Numbered from the stretch's first letter, positions 1-9,939 are shown. The stretch: DNA of 64,000 nt from Armatimonadota bacterium (GCA_025358205.1 JANYKG010000070.1:13748-77747), one strand, 5' to 3'. Notes: a model not told the origin generated them from the letters alone. Made by a program: numbers and translations.

Positions 1-750
1 AGCATGGCGCCCGGTGTGCCGATAAAGAATCCTAGCGTTGCGCTCAAGATCATCCCGAACAGCTTAGGGTTGAGTATCCGATCCAGCCTGGGAGCACGGC
101 AGACTGCAAAGTGTACGGCAATCGGCGCGGCCATCACCAGCATGGCATTGTACTTAGCGCCCGCCGCCAGCCCGGCGATCAGTCCCGCGTAGATGTAGTC
201 TCGCGCTCTCTGTTTTTCGGATATCCTGAGGGCAAAGACCAGCGCCAGTGTTATGAGGAAGGTTGCCGGCACGTCCACAACCATAAACTTGGAATGCATC
301 ACATGTATCGGCAGCACGGCCATCAGAAGCGCGGCTATCAACCCCACCTTGCGCCCATAGGCTTTTTTGCCCAGAACGTAGACCGCCCATACCGTCAATA
401 TGCCTAATACCACCGCGACCAGACGCCCGGCGTAGTAGAGCTTGGCGAACTCACCGACGTTGGAGAACACATCGTCGGGCGGCAGATTGATCGCCCCTGC
501 CACAGTAGCTCCCACGGTTGCGAAATTGACCAGGTAGATGAACAAAGATCCGTAGTTGTAGAACCCCGGGTTCAATTCGCCCGTAAAGAAGTTCACCCTG
601 AGCGCTGCAAACAGCACAGTGGTTTCGTCCGGGTGATAGGAGAAGTAGTGCAGAGACGTGGGCAGCCCCCAGCCGAGTCCCCAGATGCGCAGGACCGCCG
701 CCAGAATCAGGATGATTATCACCGCAGGCACGAGTAGCCGTTTATGCACT
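1..750 (-). CDS. GT-C fold glycosyltransferase (GT39/ArnT/PMT-like), N-terminal part; continues beyond window start
   Basis: Absent from ORF track because no stop lies in the window. My own minus-strand translation from GTG at 750-748 gives VHKRLLVPAVIIILILAAVLRIWGLGWGLPTSLHYFSYHPDETTV... with many TM helices and a DE-containing first loop typical of PMT/ArnT-type glycosyltransferases. Start overlaps the stop of the upstream gene. Confidence 0.55.
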
Positions 751-1308
751 GGTCACTTGCTCCTCTGAGGATTTAACGCACATGTAATGCTGGATCATAA
801 GGAATATACCCACTGCAATGACGAGATCACCGATACTGGCTACTTGCGACATGACCTTGCCGAACAGCCTGATAGGTATGATGTCGGACAGGAAAGCCAT
901 CCGCGTCTCAGATGTCAGTATCACGTGGCGGACGGCGTAATTTCTGATAGCCTCGGTCATGCCGGCTGCTTTGATTGCATATTCACTGACGGGCATTAGG
1001 CCGCCGTTTGCCGTGAGTACAAGAAAGTTCAAGAACGTTCCTATTCCGACTATGCGCATATGGCGGACGTGCAGGTTGATGGCAATGGCCCAAAGCAGTA
1101 TCACGTACTGCAGCACGTTGACAACCCTTGCGTAGCGTATCAGCGTGGGGTCGCCGCCGCGTATGATGAGCGTCAGTATCGCGCCCGCCAGCACGAAGGC
1201 GGCCAGGAACAAGTATGTTTTCCGTAAAGGCAGTTCCTCCAGCCTGGAGAGCTTGCCTCCGCGGATGAACGCGACGACGAGCGAGAGTACAAACGCCTCT
1301 ATGATCAA
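742..1308 (-). CDS. small polytopic membrane protein of unknown function (about 5 TM; possibly DUF5317-like)
   Basis: 188 aa hydrophobic ORF with no catalytic motif. Overlaps both neighbouring genes in the same operon. Confidence 0.5.
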   Translation of the reverse strand: MIIEAFVLSLVVAFIRGGKLSRLEELPLRKTYLFLAAFVLAGAILTLIIRGGDPTLIRYARVVNVLQYVILLWAIAINLHVRHMRIVGIGTFLNFLVLTANGGLMPVSEYAIKAAGMTEAIRNYAVRHVILTSETRMAFLSDIIPIRLFGKVMSQVASIGDLVIAVGIFLMIQHYMCVKSSEEQVTSA

Positions 1309-1988
1309 CTGACCGGCCTTTCTTCGCCCGCAATTTTCTTGAGCGCTTTCAGAAACGCATCCACCACCGCCGGGTCGTACTTGATGCCTGCATCAGCTCG
1401 GATGATCTTTACTGCTTCGTCCTCGCCGAGCGCGGCACGATAGGATTTCTCGTGTGTCATGGCGTCATAGGCAGTGCAGACCGCGATAATGCGAGAGCCG
1501 AGCGGTATCTGCTCGCCCTTCATTCCATCCGGATATCCGGCGCCGTTCCAGAACTCGTGATGATAACGGATAATGGGCGAGATGTCTTTGAGAAACCCTA
1601 TCTGTTCCACAATGTCTGCGCCGGTGGATGTGTGGGCCTTCACGATATCAAACTCCTCATGAGTGAGTGCGTCCGCTGTGTTCAGTATGCCGTGCGGGAC
1701 CTTCACGTTTCCCAAGTCCTGCAGAAAAGCGGCGTATTCCATCTTGCTCAACTGCTTTCGCGAGATTCGCATGATCTTTGCAGTGGCGACCACCAGTGCG
1801 GCAACGCGTCCACCGTGACCTACAGAGGTCTTATCCTTGGTTTCCACCGCTGTGGCAAGCGTGAGCAGACTTTGGCGGTATGCCTTGTGCATTTGTACAG
1901 GCAGATACGCGTAGGCATACCCGCCCGCTGCCAGCGTGGTGGCTGCGGATATCAGAAACGCCGGGCTAAGAAGTATGCTGGCGGCCAT
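1305..1988 (-). CDS. HD-GYP domain c-di-GMP phosphodiesterase (soluble)
   Basis: HD...HHEFWNGAGYPDG motif (HD plus GYP). 227 aa. Confidence 0.8.
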   Translation of the reverse strand: MAASILLSPAFLISAATTLAAGGYAYAYLPVQMHKAYRQSLLTLATAVETKDKTSVGHGGRVAALVVATAKIMRISRKQLSKMEYAAFLQDLGNVKVPHGILNTADALTHEEFDIVKAHTSTGADIVEQIGFLKDISPIIRYHHEFWNGAGYPDGMKGEQIPLGSRIIAVCTAYDAMTHEKSYRAALGEDEAVKIIRADAGIKYDPAVVDAFLKALKKIAGEERPVS

Positions 1989-3345
1989 TTTCTATTTCCT
2001 CTCTGTCCATCACCTGCATAAACGCCTTCACCACTCTTGGATCAAACTGCGTGCCCGATCCGTATCGCAGTTCGTCAATGCCCTGGCCTTTGGTTTTCGG
2101 AACGCGGTACACTCGCTGGGTCTCTTCATCGGGACCGCCCACCATGGCATCGAAGGAGTCGGCCACTGCTATGACGGCCGCCTCAATCGAGAGGTCGTTC
2201 GCGCTCAGCCCGTCAGGATATCCCTTGCCGTCCGGTCGCTCGTGATGTCCGCGCACCCACGGCACAATTCGCTCGAAGTGCTTCATCTGCGCCAGTATCT
2301 CCGCGCCTCTGGCCGGGTGCTGTCTGATGGTATTCCAGTCATCGTCGCTGAGTTTGCCGGTATTGTCCAGTATCTCCTCGCTCACGCCCACTTTCCCGAT
2401 GTCATGCAGCAGGCCGGCTTCACGGATGAACATGAGGCTCTGATACGGCAACCCCATCTGTTTGGCTATCTTGTCAGACATGCTGGCTACTCGTTCCAGG
2501 TGGCCCTTGGTATACGCGTGGTAGTGCTGCATGTATGAGCCGAGGGTGGTGACTGTTTCCATATACGCGGCCATCTGCTCTGAGTACATGTTAAGCGCCT
2601 GCCGCCCCACGATGAACGGCACTATCATCATCAGCACCCCGTAGAAACCGAACTGCTTGTACAGCATGGCGAAAAGTATGCCCGACGGGGCTGTGACAAT
2701 GAAATTGGGTGCGAACCATCTTAGGCTTTGGAAGAATGAGAGTCGCCACGGGTCGCCGCTGTTCAGCGACAGGCCGGTGGTGAAGATGATGGCATTAGCA
2801 ACCGTGGACGCGATAATGGCAATGAAAAGCGGAATGAACATGGACGCCACCGCCACGTCCGGGCTGGCTTCTATGGTGTGTCCGCCCACAAAATAGTATA
2901 CCCAGCTCGCCACGCCGATAGGGATAGTACACATGGCAGTGTTGTAGCTGGACATATCAACCAGCCAGCGGAAGTTCTGCTTGCGATGGACTATCATAAC
3001 CCCGACGATGATGCTGAGAGGGGCAACGGTAAGCGCAGCCGGACTGCCGTGGCTTAGAAAGAGGCTCATGATGGCGGGAATCGTAACTGTTACGTCAATG
3101 TTGCTGCCGGGGATAGTGACGGGAAGCAGTTCGCCGACCAGAATGATGAGGAAAAAGAGCGCCAGTTCAGGGAGGTGGGGAAGCTCCTGTCCCATATGCG
3201 CCACGGCCCATACGAAGATGGCGAGACCGACGAGAAGGGTCAGGTTCTTATAGTAGACAAAAGCTTTTGCGAGTGGTCTCAATGCTTGCGCCCTACTCTG
3301 ATCTGCGTTATGCAGTTCCTGCACAATGCAGGGCCTTTTGAGCAT
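1966..3345 (-). CDS. 7TM receptor-linked HD-GYP phosphodiesterase (7TMR-HD)
   Basis: About 300 aa N-terminal polytopic membrane region, then LHDIGK...HHERPDGKGYPDG HD-GYP domain. Confidence 0.8.
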   Translation of the reverse strand: MLKRPCIVQELHNADQSRAQALRPLAKAFVYYKNLTLLVGLAIFVWAVAHMGQELPHLPELALFFLIILVGELLPVTIPGSNIDVTVTIPAIMSLFLSHGSPAALTVAPLSIIVGVMIVHRKQNFRWLVDMSSYNTAMCTIPIGVASWVYYFVGGHTIEASPDVAVASMFIPLFIAIIASTVANAIIFTTGLSLNSGDPWRLSFFQSLRWFAPNFIVTAPSGILFAMLYKQFGFYGVLMMIVPFIVGRQALNMYSEQMAAYMETVTTLGSYMQHYHAYTKGHLERVASMSDKIAKQMGLPYQSLMFIREAGLLHDIGKVGVSEEILDNTGKLSDDDWNTIRQHPARGAEILAQMKHFERIVPWVRGHHERPDGKGYPDGLSANDLSIEAAVIAVADSFDAMVGGPDEETQRVYRVPKTKGQGIDELRYGSGTQFDPRVVKAFMQVMDREEIENGRQHTS

Positions 3346-3380
3346 TATTGACGTTCTTCGTGAATAATGCGGGCTAATGG
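3331..3380. repeat. REP-like palindromic element, copy a (GAGCATTATTgacgttcttCGTGAATAATGCGGG)
   Basis: Same GCATTATTCA...TGAATAATGC hairpin unit recurs at 10 other loci. Confidence 0.75.
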
Positions 3381-3450
3381 GCCGACGACGGCAGCAGTCA
3401 CGTCAGATCGTAGCTACGTCAGACACACCGTCTGACGGATCTATTAAGAT

Positions 3451-3536
3451 CCTAGGGCGGTGGCCAATACTTCAGGAATGCGCCGGATGTCAGTGTCAGC
3501 GACGCGAGGGCAAGCAGTACTTTTACCAAGGTCTTC
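3451..3536 (-). CDS. possible small signal-peptide-like ORF (28 aa: MKTLVKVLLALASLTLTSGAFLKYWPPP)
   Basis: ATG preceded by AAAGGTG about 9 nt upstream. Hydrophobic core plus SGA cleavage-like site. Not in ORF track (too short). Confidence 0.2.
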
Positions 3537-3659
3537 ATGTTTGTCAACACCTTTCGTAGTGAGAATGGCGCCCACATCCGCTAGTCTGTGAACGTATCTC
3601 CGCTCCGCTCAGGGTTCGACTCATGACCTTTTTATGCTGCGCGTCGTCGGCCCAAACTA

Positions 3660-4319
3660 TTATTGCTCGCAGATCATACCCAGACGCCGATTAACGGCAT
3701 CCAGAGTGGCATTCACCACCGCCTTCCAAATATCCTGCTTCACTATGGCCGATCCGGTGAGTTGTTCCTCACCTTTCGGACCTATCATGTTTACGAATAC
3801 GACTACCACCGTGTGTCCAGACAGGTTTACCGCTGCGTTCAAGTCCTCCAGCACCAGAGCCACTTCTTCGCCGGCCTTACCCTCTATGGCTTTCAGAGTG
3901 GCGGACGCGATCAGCCTGAACTGGCTGTGGCTGGAACTGTGCCCTGTCGCCTGCCCTTCGAAAGAACTGCCGTTCATCCGCAGTCTGACCAGCGCCTCGG
4001 CCTGTGAGCCGTTCAGCGCTATAAATACGTCAGAGAGCTTCAGTCTGGCTGAGTCGGTAGACTTAGATTTCTCAGTTGATTTGCCGTTCTGGGTCTGCGC
4101 TATACTGACTTTCTTGTGATCCAACTCCAGGCCGAACTGCGCCTGGAGGGCTGATTCTACGTCACGGACTAACTGCTTCGGCGAGCGGCTAGCGTCGGTA
4201 AGAACGTGGATTTCCTGAATCTCGTTGCCCTTATCCGCTACCACCCGAGCCGAGTGAACACTTGTCAGAGAACATATCACCGACTCGATTTCCGCCGGTG
4301 ACGGTTTCTGTGCGCCCAT
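3660..4319 (-). CDS. hypothetical protein (possible Asp23/Gls24-like N-terminal region), co-oriented 20 nt downstream of pheT
   Basis: 219 aa ORF with no firm family assignment. Confidence 0.45.
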   Translation of the reverse strand: MGAQKPSPAEIESVICSLTSVHSARVVADKGNEIQEIHVLTDASRSPKQLVRDVESALQAQFGLELDHKKVSIAQTQNGKSTEKSKSTDSARLKLSDVFIALNGSQAEALVRLRMNGSSFEGQATGHSSSHSQFRLIASATLKAIEGKAGEEVALVLEDLNAAVNLSGHTVVVVFVNMIGPKGEEQLTGSAIVKQDIWKAVVNATLDAVNRRLGMICEQ

Positions 4320-4338
4320 TTTGAAACACCCCCCCGAG

Positions 4339-6369
4339 TTAGGTGTCCCTGAATGTCGCTCCGAGCTTAGAAGTAAGTAGGCCCCTGGTCTGAGTCATAC
4401 GCTCATCTACTTCTTCATCGCGCAGAGTGCGCTCATGGGACCTGAATACAATATTGAACGCTATGCTCTTTTGTCCGGCCTGCAACTGCGATCCCGAATA
4501 CAGGTCGAACAGCGCGAGGGTTTCCAGAAGTTCTCCGTATCCTTCCTTTAGAATCTCCAGAACCCGCCCATAGGGCACCTCATCTGCAACCACTACTGCC
4601 AGATCGCGGGTGACCGCCGGGTATCTCGATATCGGGGAGTAAACGGGGGCGCTAGCGGATTGCTCCATTAGCTCGTTAAGGTCCAACTCGAAGGCATAGG
4701 CGCGGCTGGGCATATCCGCCTTGCGCGTCCACTCCGGGCTGACTTCCCCGATCACTCCAATTCTCGCACCGCCAGCCTCTATTACAGCGGACCTTGTCGG
4801 GTGGAGGAAATCCACCGACTGCGGTATGAATCGGACATTGCACACGTTGAGCCTTTCGAGAAGATCCTCGACAATTCCTTTGCAGAGGAAGAAATCTGCC
4901 TGGAGTGATGAGCGATCCGTATTCCATGCCCTGCCCCAGAGACTTCCGGTCATCACGGTCCCTATGCTCAGCTTCTCAACTACCTGGCTGTCCTTCTGGG
5001 GCTCAAATATATGACCGATCTCGAAAATGCCTAAATCCTTCGTGCCTCTACTTGCATTATATAACGCTACATCCAGCAAGTCAAGGATTAACTGTGACCG
5101 AAGTTTGCTTAGTTCCTCGCTCATCGGATTGGTAAGCGACACCTGGTTAGAGCCTTCCGCCGGCGCGGTCATGGAACCGGTGACCACTTCCTGTAGCCCG
5201 GAGGACATGAGTATCTCCGCGCACCTGGATGCGAAGTCCGCCTCTGCGCTGTCTCGGCCCTGCATAGCCTCTCCTGCCAACGGTTTCTCTGGTATGCGCT
5301 CGTACCCGAAGATGCGCCCGACTTCCTCAATCAGGTCTTCTTCATATTCTACGTCCGGGCGGAATGTAGGCACGGTGACTTCCAGCACACTGCCTAGCTT
5401 TACGCTCATGCCCAACCGGGTGAGCGCATCGGCGACCTCTGCACTTGTCACGTCAAAGCCCAGTGCCATGCTTGTGCGCTCAGGCCGAACGCTGATGACT
5501 GCCGGCTCTACCGGCGCAGCGCATGAGTCCACCACACCTTGGGCTATCGTGCCGCCGCCGGCCTGTTGGATGAGTTCCGCCACACGGTCCAGCGCGAGGA
5601 TGGTGCCGTTCGGATCTACCCATCTCTCAAACCTGTATGACGCCTCCGTAGACATCTGCAGTGCGCGTGCGGTTCGGCGAATGGATAGCCGGTTGAAGTG
5701 AGCCGATTCCAGCAAGACATTCACGGTCTTCGCGCTGACCTCGGATTCCGCGCCGCCCATGACCCCGGCCACGGCTACCGCGCCCTTTGTGTCGGCTATG
5801 ACCATCATATCCGGGTTCAGTTCCCGCTCTTCGCCGTCAATGGTTGCCATCTTCTCGCCTGCCTCTGCCTGTCGCACGATGATCTTGTGATCGCCCAGCA
5901 GGTCGTAGTCAAACGCATGAAGCGGCTGCCCGAGTTCCAGCAGTACGTAGTTGGTGGCATCCACCACGCTGTTGATTGGGCGCATTCCGGCCGCAATGAG
6001 GCGAGTCTGCATCCATGCGGGCGAATCCACAACCTTTGTGTTCTGCACAAGCCTTGCGGAGTAGCGCGGGCAGTTGGCGCTCTTCAGGTCTACGCTCACG
6101 AAATCGCTTGTCTTGCCGCCCGATTCGGTAATCTTGGGCTGCGGATATCTAAACGCGGTGCCAAGAAGTGCGGAAACTTCTCTGGCAACCCCCGCCATGG
6201 AGAGCAGATCGGATCTGTCCGGCGTGACATATGTGGAGAAAACCTTCTGACCCTCCACTTCCTTGATGTCCTCGACCTCCAGGCCGGCCATCGTCAGCCT
6301 GTGCGCAAGCTCTTCGGCGGACAGGTCGAAGTCACAGTATTCTCTTAACCATTCAACGGGTACCAGCAT
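4339..6369 (-). CDS. pheT: phenylalanine--tRNA ligase beta subunit (short form lacking N-terminal OB tRNA-binding domain)
   Basis: MLVPVEWLREY...TMAGLEVEDI N-terminus, B3/4, B5 and catalytic-like domains. 676 aa versus about 800 typical. Confidence 0.9.
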   Translation of the reverse strand: MLVPVEWLREYCDFDLSAEELAHRLTMAGLEVEDIKEVEGQKVFSTYVTPDRSDLLSMAGVAREVSALLGTAFRYPQPKITESGGKTSDFVSVDLKSANCPRYSARLVQNTKVVDSPAWMQTRLIAAGMRPINSVVDATNYVLLELGQPLHAFDYDLLGDHKIIVRQAEAGEKMATIDGEERELNPDMMVIADTKGAVAVAGVMGGAESEVSAKTVNVLLESAHFNRLSIRRTARALQMSTEASYRFERWVDPNGTILALDRVAELIQQAGGGTIAQGVVDSCAAPVEPAVISVRPERTSMALGFDVTSAEVADALTRLGMSVKLGSVLEVTVPTFRPDVEYEEDLIEEVGRIFGYERIPEKPLAGEAMQGRDSAEADFASRCAEILMSSGLQEVVTGSMTAPAEGSNQVSLTNPMSEELSKLRSQLILDLLDVALYNASRGTKDLGIFEIGHIFEPQKDSQVVEKLSIGTVMTGSLWGRAWNTDRSSLQADFFLCKGIVEDLLERLNVCNVRFIPQSVDFLHPTRSAVIEAGGARIGVIGEVSPEWTRKADMPSRAYAFELDLNELMEQSASAPVYSPISRYPAVTRDLAVVVADEVPYGRVLEILKEGYGELLETLALFDLYSGSQLQAGQKSIAFNIVFRSHERTLRDEEVDERMTQTRGLLTSKLGATFRDT

Positions 6370-6418
6370 AGTATCACCTCACGCTCTCACACCTGCTCCT
6401 GGAACAGGTAGGAACAAG

Positions 6419-7456
6419 TCAGAACTGTCTTAGGAATCGAAGATCGTTCTCCAGGAACAGGCGGAGGTCATCTATTCCATACTGGACCATCGCCGTTCGT
6501 TCGATGCCCATGCCGAACGCGAATCCGGTGTATTTCTCGGCATCAATGTCAAACCGTTTCAGGATGTTGGGGTGGATCATGCCTGCGCCGCCGAGTTCGA
6601 TCCATCCGCTCTGCTTGCACAGCGAACAGCCCTTGCCCTTGCAGACAAAACAGCTTATAGACCACTCCGCGCCCGGCTGCACGAATGGGAAGAAGTCCGG
6701 ACGGAACCGCACGCGTGTATCCTCGCCGAACATCTCGCGCGAGAACTGGGCGAGTGTGGATTTCAGATTGGCCATGCTTATGCCCTCGTCTATGGCAAAG
6801 CAATCAACCTGGTGGAATGTGTGGGAATGCGTGGCGTCTACGGCGTCATACCGGAAGCAGCGGCCCACGGTGCATATGCGCATGGGCGGCGCCTGGTTTT
6901 CCATCACCCGGCCCTGTAGCGCGGTGGTCTGTGTGCGCATCAGCAGATCCTTGGTCACGTAGAACGACATCTGCGCGTCCATGGCTGGGTGGTCTTCGGG
7001 GTAGTTCAGCGCGTCGAAATTGTAGCGGTAGTGCTCCAGTTCGGGGCCTTCTGCAACCTGGAACCCCATGCCGATGAAGACCTTCTTGATTCGGTCTATG
7101 GTGGCCGAAAGGATGTGTCTGCGCCCGAGGCGGACGCTTCTGCCGGGCAGCGTTACGTCCAGCGATTCGGACTGCAGCGCCTGTGCTGACTCGCCGGACT
7201 GCAGGTTCGCGGTGCGCTCATCCAGCAGAACGGTAAGATCGGCGCGCACCTTGTTCGCGAGTTGGCCGAACAGTGGGCGTTCTTCGGAGGGGAGCTTGCC
7301 GATGCTGCGCAGAAGTTCCGTGATTCGGCCCTTGCGCCCCAGATACTCCACCTCCACCGAGGAAAGGTCTGCTGATGATGCGGCGGCGGTTATCTTGCCC
7401 TCCGCCTCAATCCGCAACTGGTCCAGTGTATCCTGCAAAGTAGGTTCCATGCTCAC
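6419..7456 (-). CDS. pheS: phenylalanine--tRNA ligase alpha subunit
   Basis: Class II aaRS core with FRPDFFPFVQPGAEW... motifs. Located in the infC-rpmI-rplT-pheST arrangement. Confidence 0.9.
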   Translation of the reverse strand: MSMEPTLQDTLDQLRIEAEGKITAAASSADLSSVEVEYLGRKGRITELLRSIGKLPSEERPLFGQLANKVRADLTVLLDERTANLQSGESAQALQSESLDVTLPGRSVRLGRRHILSATIDRIKKVFIGMGFQVAEGPELEHYRYNFDALNYPEDHPAMDAQMSFYVTKDLLMRTQTTALQGRVMENQAPPMRICTVGRCFRYDAVDATHSHTFHQVDCFAIDEGISMANLKSTLAQFSREMFGEDTRVRFRPDFFPFVQPGAEWSISCFVCKGKGCSLCKQSGWIELGGAGMIHPNILKRFDIDAEKYTGFAFGMGIERTAMVQYGIDDLRLFLENDLRFLRQF

Positions 7457-7486
7457 CCCGCCTGCCTTGTGTGTTCCGGCACTAAC

Positions 7487-7518
7487 GCGGATTATTCATG
7501 CTGTTCACGAATAATGCC
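7487..7518. repeat. REP-like palindromic element, copy b (degenerate)
   Basis: GGATTATTCATGctgttCACGAATAATGCC in the rplT-pheS spacer. Confidence 0.6.
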
Positions 7519-7545
7519 AGCTTTTCTATGGTACCGGTTAAGACA

Positions 7546-7615
7546 ATAGACAGTAGACCGCGGACTGCGAACGAGAGTCTTGCTCCTCATCTGCGGTCCA
7601 GGTGCTACTGTCTAC
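7546..7615 (-). promoter_or_regulatory. long stem-loop in rplT-pheS spacer (possible attenuator or terminator)
   Basis: Perfect 10-bp arms TAGACAGTAG / CTACTGTCTA with extended inner pairing (ACCGCGG / CTGCGGT). Confidence 0.4.
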
Positions 7616-7639
7616 CGTCAAGTCTGCGCTATGCAACGA

Positions 7640-7999
7640 TCAGGCGCTCAGCGTTTCCTGCGCCTTCTTTACGAGTGCGGTGAATCCGGCAGCATCGTGA
7701 ACAGCCATGTCCGCGAGGATCTTGCGGTCAATCTCCACTCCGGCCTTGGTCAGACCTTCCATGAAGCGGCTGTACTGCATACCGTTCAGTCTGGATGCGG
7801 CGTTGATTCTGGCGATCCAGAGGCGGCGGAACTCCCGCTTGCGGTTGCGCCTGTCACGGTAAGCATACTGCAGCGCGTGCATGACGGCTTCGTTTGCTGT
7901 CTTGAACAGGTGACTTCTCGCTCCAAAGTAACCCTTGGCGCGGTCAATTATCTTTTTGTGACGCTTGTGCGTCATGATTCCACGTTTAACTCGTGGCAT
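7640..7999 (-). CDS. rplT: 50S ribosomal protein L20
   Basis: MPRVKRG...HKRHKKI... canonical bL20 sequence. Confidence 0.95.
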   Translation of the reverse strand: MPRVKRGIMTHKRHKKIIDRAKGYFGARSHLFKTANEAVMHALQYAYRDRRNRKREFRRLWIARINAASRLNGMQYSRFMEGLTKAGVEIDRKILADMAVHDAAGFTALVKKAQETLSA

Positions 8000-8067
8000 A
8001 TGGATACTCCTTTCGACCGATACCAGGCACCTTCACTGATGACTGATCACTGGTCACTAATCACTGA

Positions 8068-8265
8068 CTACCGGGTGCCCAGCATCTGGAAGACTCTGAT
8101 TCTCTCGCCGTGAGCCACTTCTGACTCCAGGCTGAGCCTGCGTCTTCGGCTGCCGGATTTCTTCATCATGAGGTGACCCTTGCGGGCGTTTCTCCGCATG
8201 ATCTTACCTGTGCCGGTGATTCTGAATCTCTTCGCGGCCGTTTTGTTCGTCCTAATCTTAGGCAT
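8068..8265 (-). CDS. rpmI: 50S ribosomal protein L35
   Basis: MPKIRTNKTAAKRFRITGTGKI... The ORF track begins 10 codons upstream at a GTG; the internal ATG matches the canonical bL35 N-terminus. Confidence 0.9.
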   Translation of the reverse strand: MPKIRTNKTAAKRFRITGTGKIMRRNARKGHLMMKKSGSRRRRLSLESEVAHGERIRVFQMLGTR

Positions 8266-8385
8266 TCCCGATCCTTTCAAGACAACACTTGCCACTCATC
8301 ATCCGACTCCGCCTCGCCGCAGCGGACTTGCGCGGATGTATGGTGGCAATGTGCGGTGATTTCGTTATCTGTTATATCAAACCTA

Positions 8386-8468
8386 GCGCTGATTATGCAT
8401 GTTCCGCATAATCAGCGGCCTTCTGAGCATTATTCCTGCTTTTCATGAATAATGCGGGCTAACGCGGT
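8386..8468. repeat. REP-like composite element, copy c (two palindromic units)
   Basis: GCTGATTATGCatgttccGCATAATCAGC followed by GAGCATTATTCctgcttttcatGAATAATGCGGG, between infC and rpmI. Confidence 0.8.
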
Positions 8469-8474
8469 TACTGA

Positions 8475-8987
<513 letters not shown>

Positions 8988-9237
8988 TCACCTCGAAAAG
9001 TCTGGCCATACAGCATCTCGGTATACGGGAAACCCCGAACCCGCGCCCACCACACGTGGCCGTATCATGGACAGGCGAAAATGCCAGAATAGTCTAACAG
9101 ATGCGCACTATTCTGTCAAGCCAAAGTGGCCCGACATTTTGGGAAGGCGGTTTTCTGGAATTGAGAACGGCGACTAAAGGAGTACGCCCTGTTCGGCAGT
9201 TTGTGTCCAGCGCCAGCCCAAGATCGCCGTCTTGCCC

Positions 9238-9939
9238 TCACTTGAGCGATCTCTTCCTGAAGACACCTTCCCACGTAAGAAACCGCCTTTCACCGTGATA
9301 ACCGTAGTGACCTCTGCGGAACTGCAGAACCTCGAAACGTCCGTCAACCAGCCGAACGATTTCGTCCAGTTTCCAGCGTGGATAGGTTTCAGCGCCAGGA
9401 TCATCTGGGCTATCGCTAGTGTCAGCCGAGCCTGTCGAGTTGATCCATATCCCACCATCCGGGAGCAGTCCGGCTATCTGTTCGACATACTGCTTTCTAC
9501 GGCCGTCTTCGAAGAACGTGTGCCAGCAGCCCTTGTCGAAAACAAGATCGTAGGTTCCAACATCGGCTGGGAGGCGCATGATATCGAGGACTCTGCACTG
9601 CATCGAGACACCCTCGTGGTCAGCCATCTCGCTACAGCGCCTTACGGCGTTCTGGGAGCAGTCGCTGGCGGTGACGTCTACGCCCATTCGTGCCAGTGCC
9701 AGTGCATTGTGGCCTAGCCCGGAGCCTACCTCAAGAACCCTCATGCCGGACGAGCAATAGCCCTGGATGAGAGACAGGAACTCCCGATTGGGTTCCAGGT
9801 CTTCCCACTGAGGCTGATTGTCACCGCGATAGATGTCGTCCCAGTTACTGATGAGCTGTCCGTGCGTAAGGTCTTCCGGCGGAAACTCCATTTGGTGCGA
9901 TCCTCCATCATGCTCATCGTCGGTACGTACTTGAGCCAT
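9238..9939 (-). CDS. class I SAM-dependent methyltransferase (TPMT/TehB-like)
   Basis: VLEVGSGLGHNALALARMGVDVTASD motif I. Start taken at the internal MAQV rather than the ORF-track upstream start that overlaps the WG-repeat gene. Confidence 0.7.
   Translation of the reverse strand: MAQVRTDDEHDGGSHQMEFPPEDLTHGQLISNWDDIYRGDNQPQWEDLEPNREFLSLIQGYCSSGMRVLEVGSGLGHNALALARMGVDVTASDCSQNAVRRCSEMADHEGVSMQCRVLDIMRLPADVGTYDLVFDKGCWHTFFEDGRRKQYVEQIAGLLPDGGIWINSTGSADTSDSPDDPGAETYPRWKLDEIVRLVDGRFEVLQFRRGHYGYHGERRFLTWEGVFRKRSLK

Noticed and set aside
4-407. Plus-strand ORFs at the window start (62 and 98 aa)
   Set aside because: The minus strand here encodes a continuous GT-C glycosyltransferase-like membrane protein with strong family features. 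The plus-strand ORFs are antisense artefacts.
5027-6348. Long plus-strand ORFs (224 aa and 216 aa) inside pheT
   Set aside because: They are antisense to a well-supported conserved gene, and their Ser/Arg/Ala-rich composition is typical of spurious high-GC antisense frames. Similar antisense ORFs at 10955..11701, 14917..15453, 20645..21796, 27337..28155, 29932..30648 and 34800..35648 were rejected for the same reason.
7457-7640. T-box riboswitch upstream of pheS
   Set aside because: No specifier-loop or conserved T-box (AGGGUGGNACCGCG) sequence was found on the sense strand. Only a long generic hairpin and a REP copy are present.
8068-8295. ORF-track start of rpmI at 8295 (MASVVLKGSG...)
   Set aside because: The canonical bL35 N-terminus MPKIRTNK begins at the internal ATG (8265). 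The upstream extension arises from a GTG and has no homology support.
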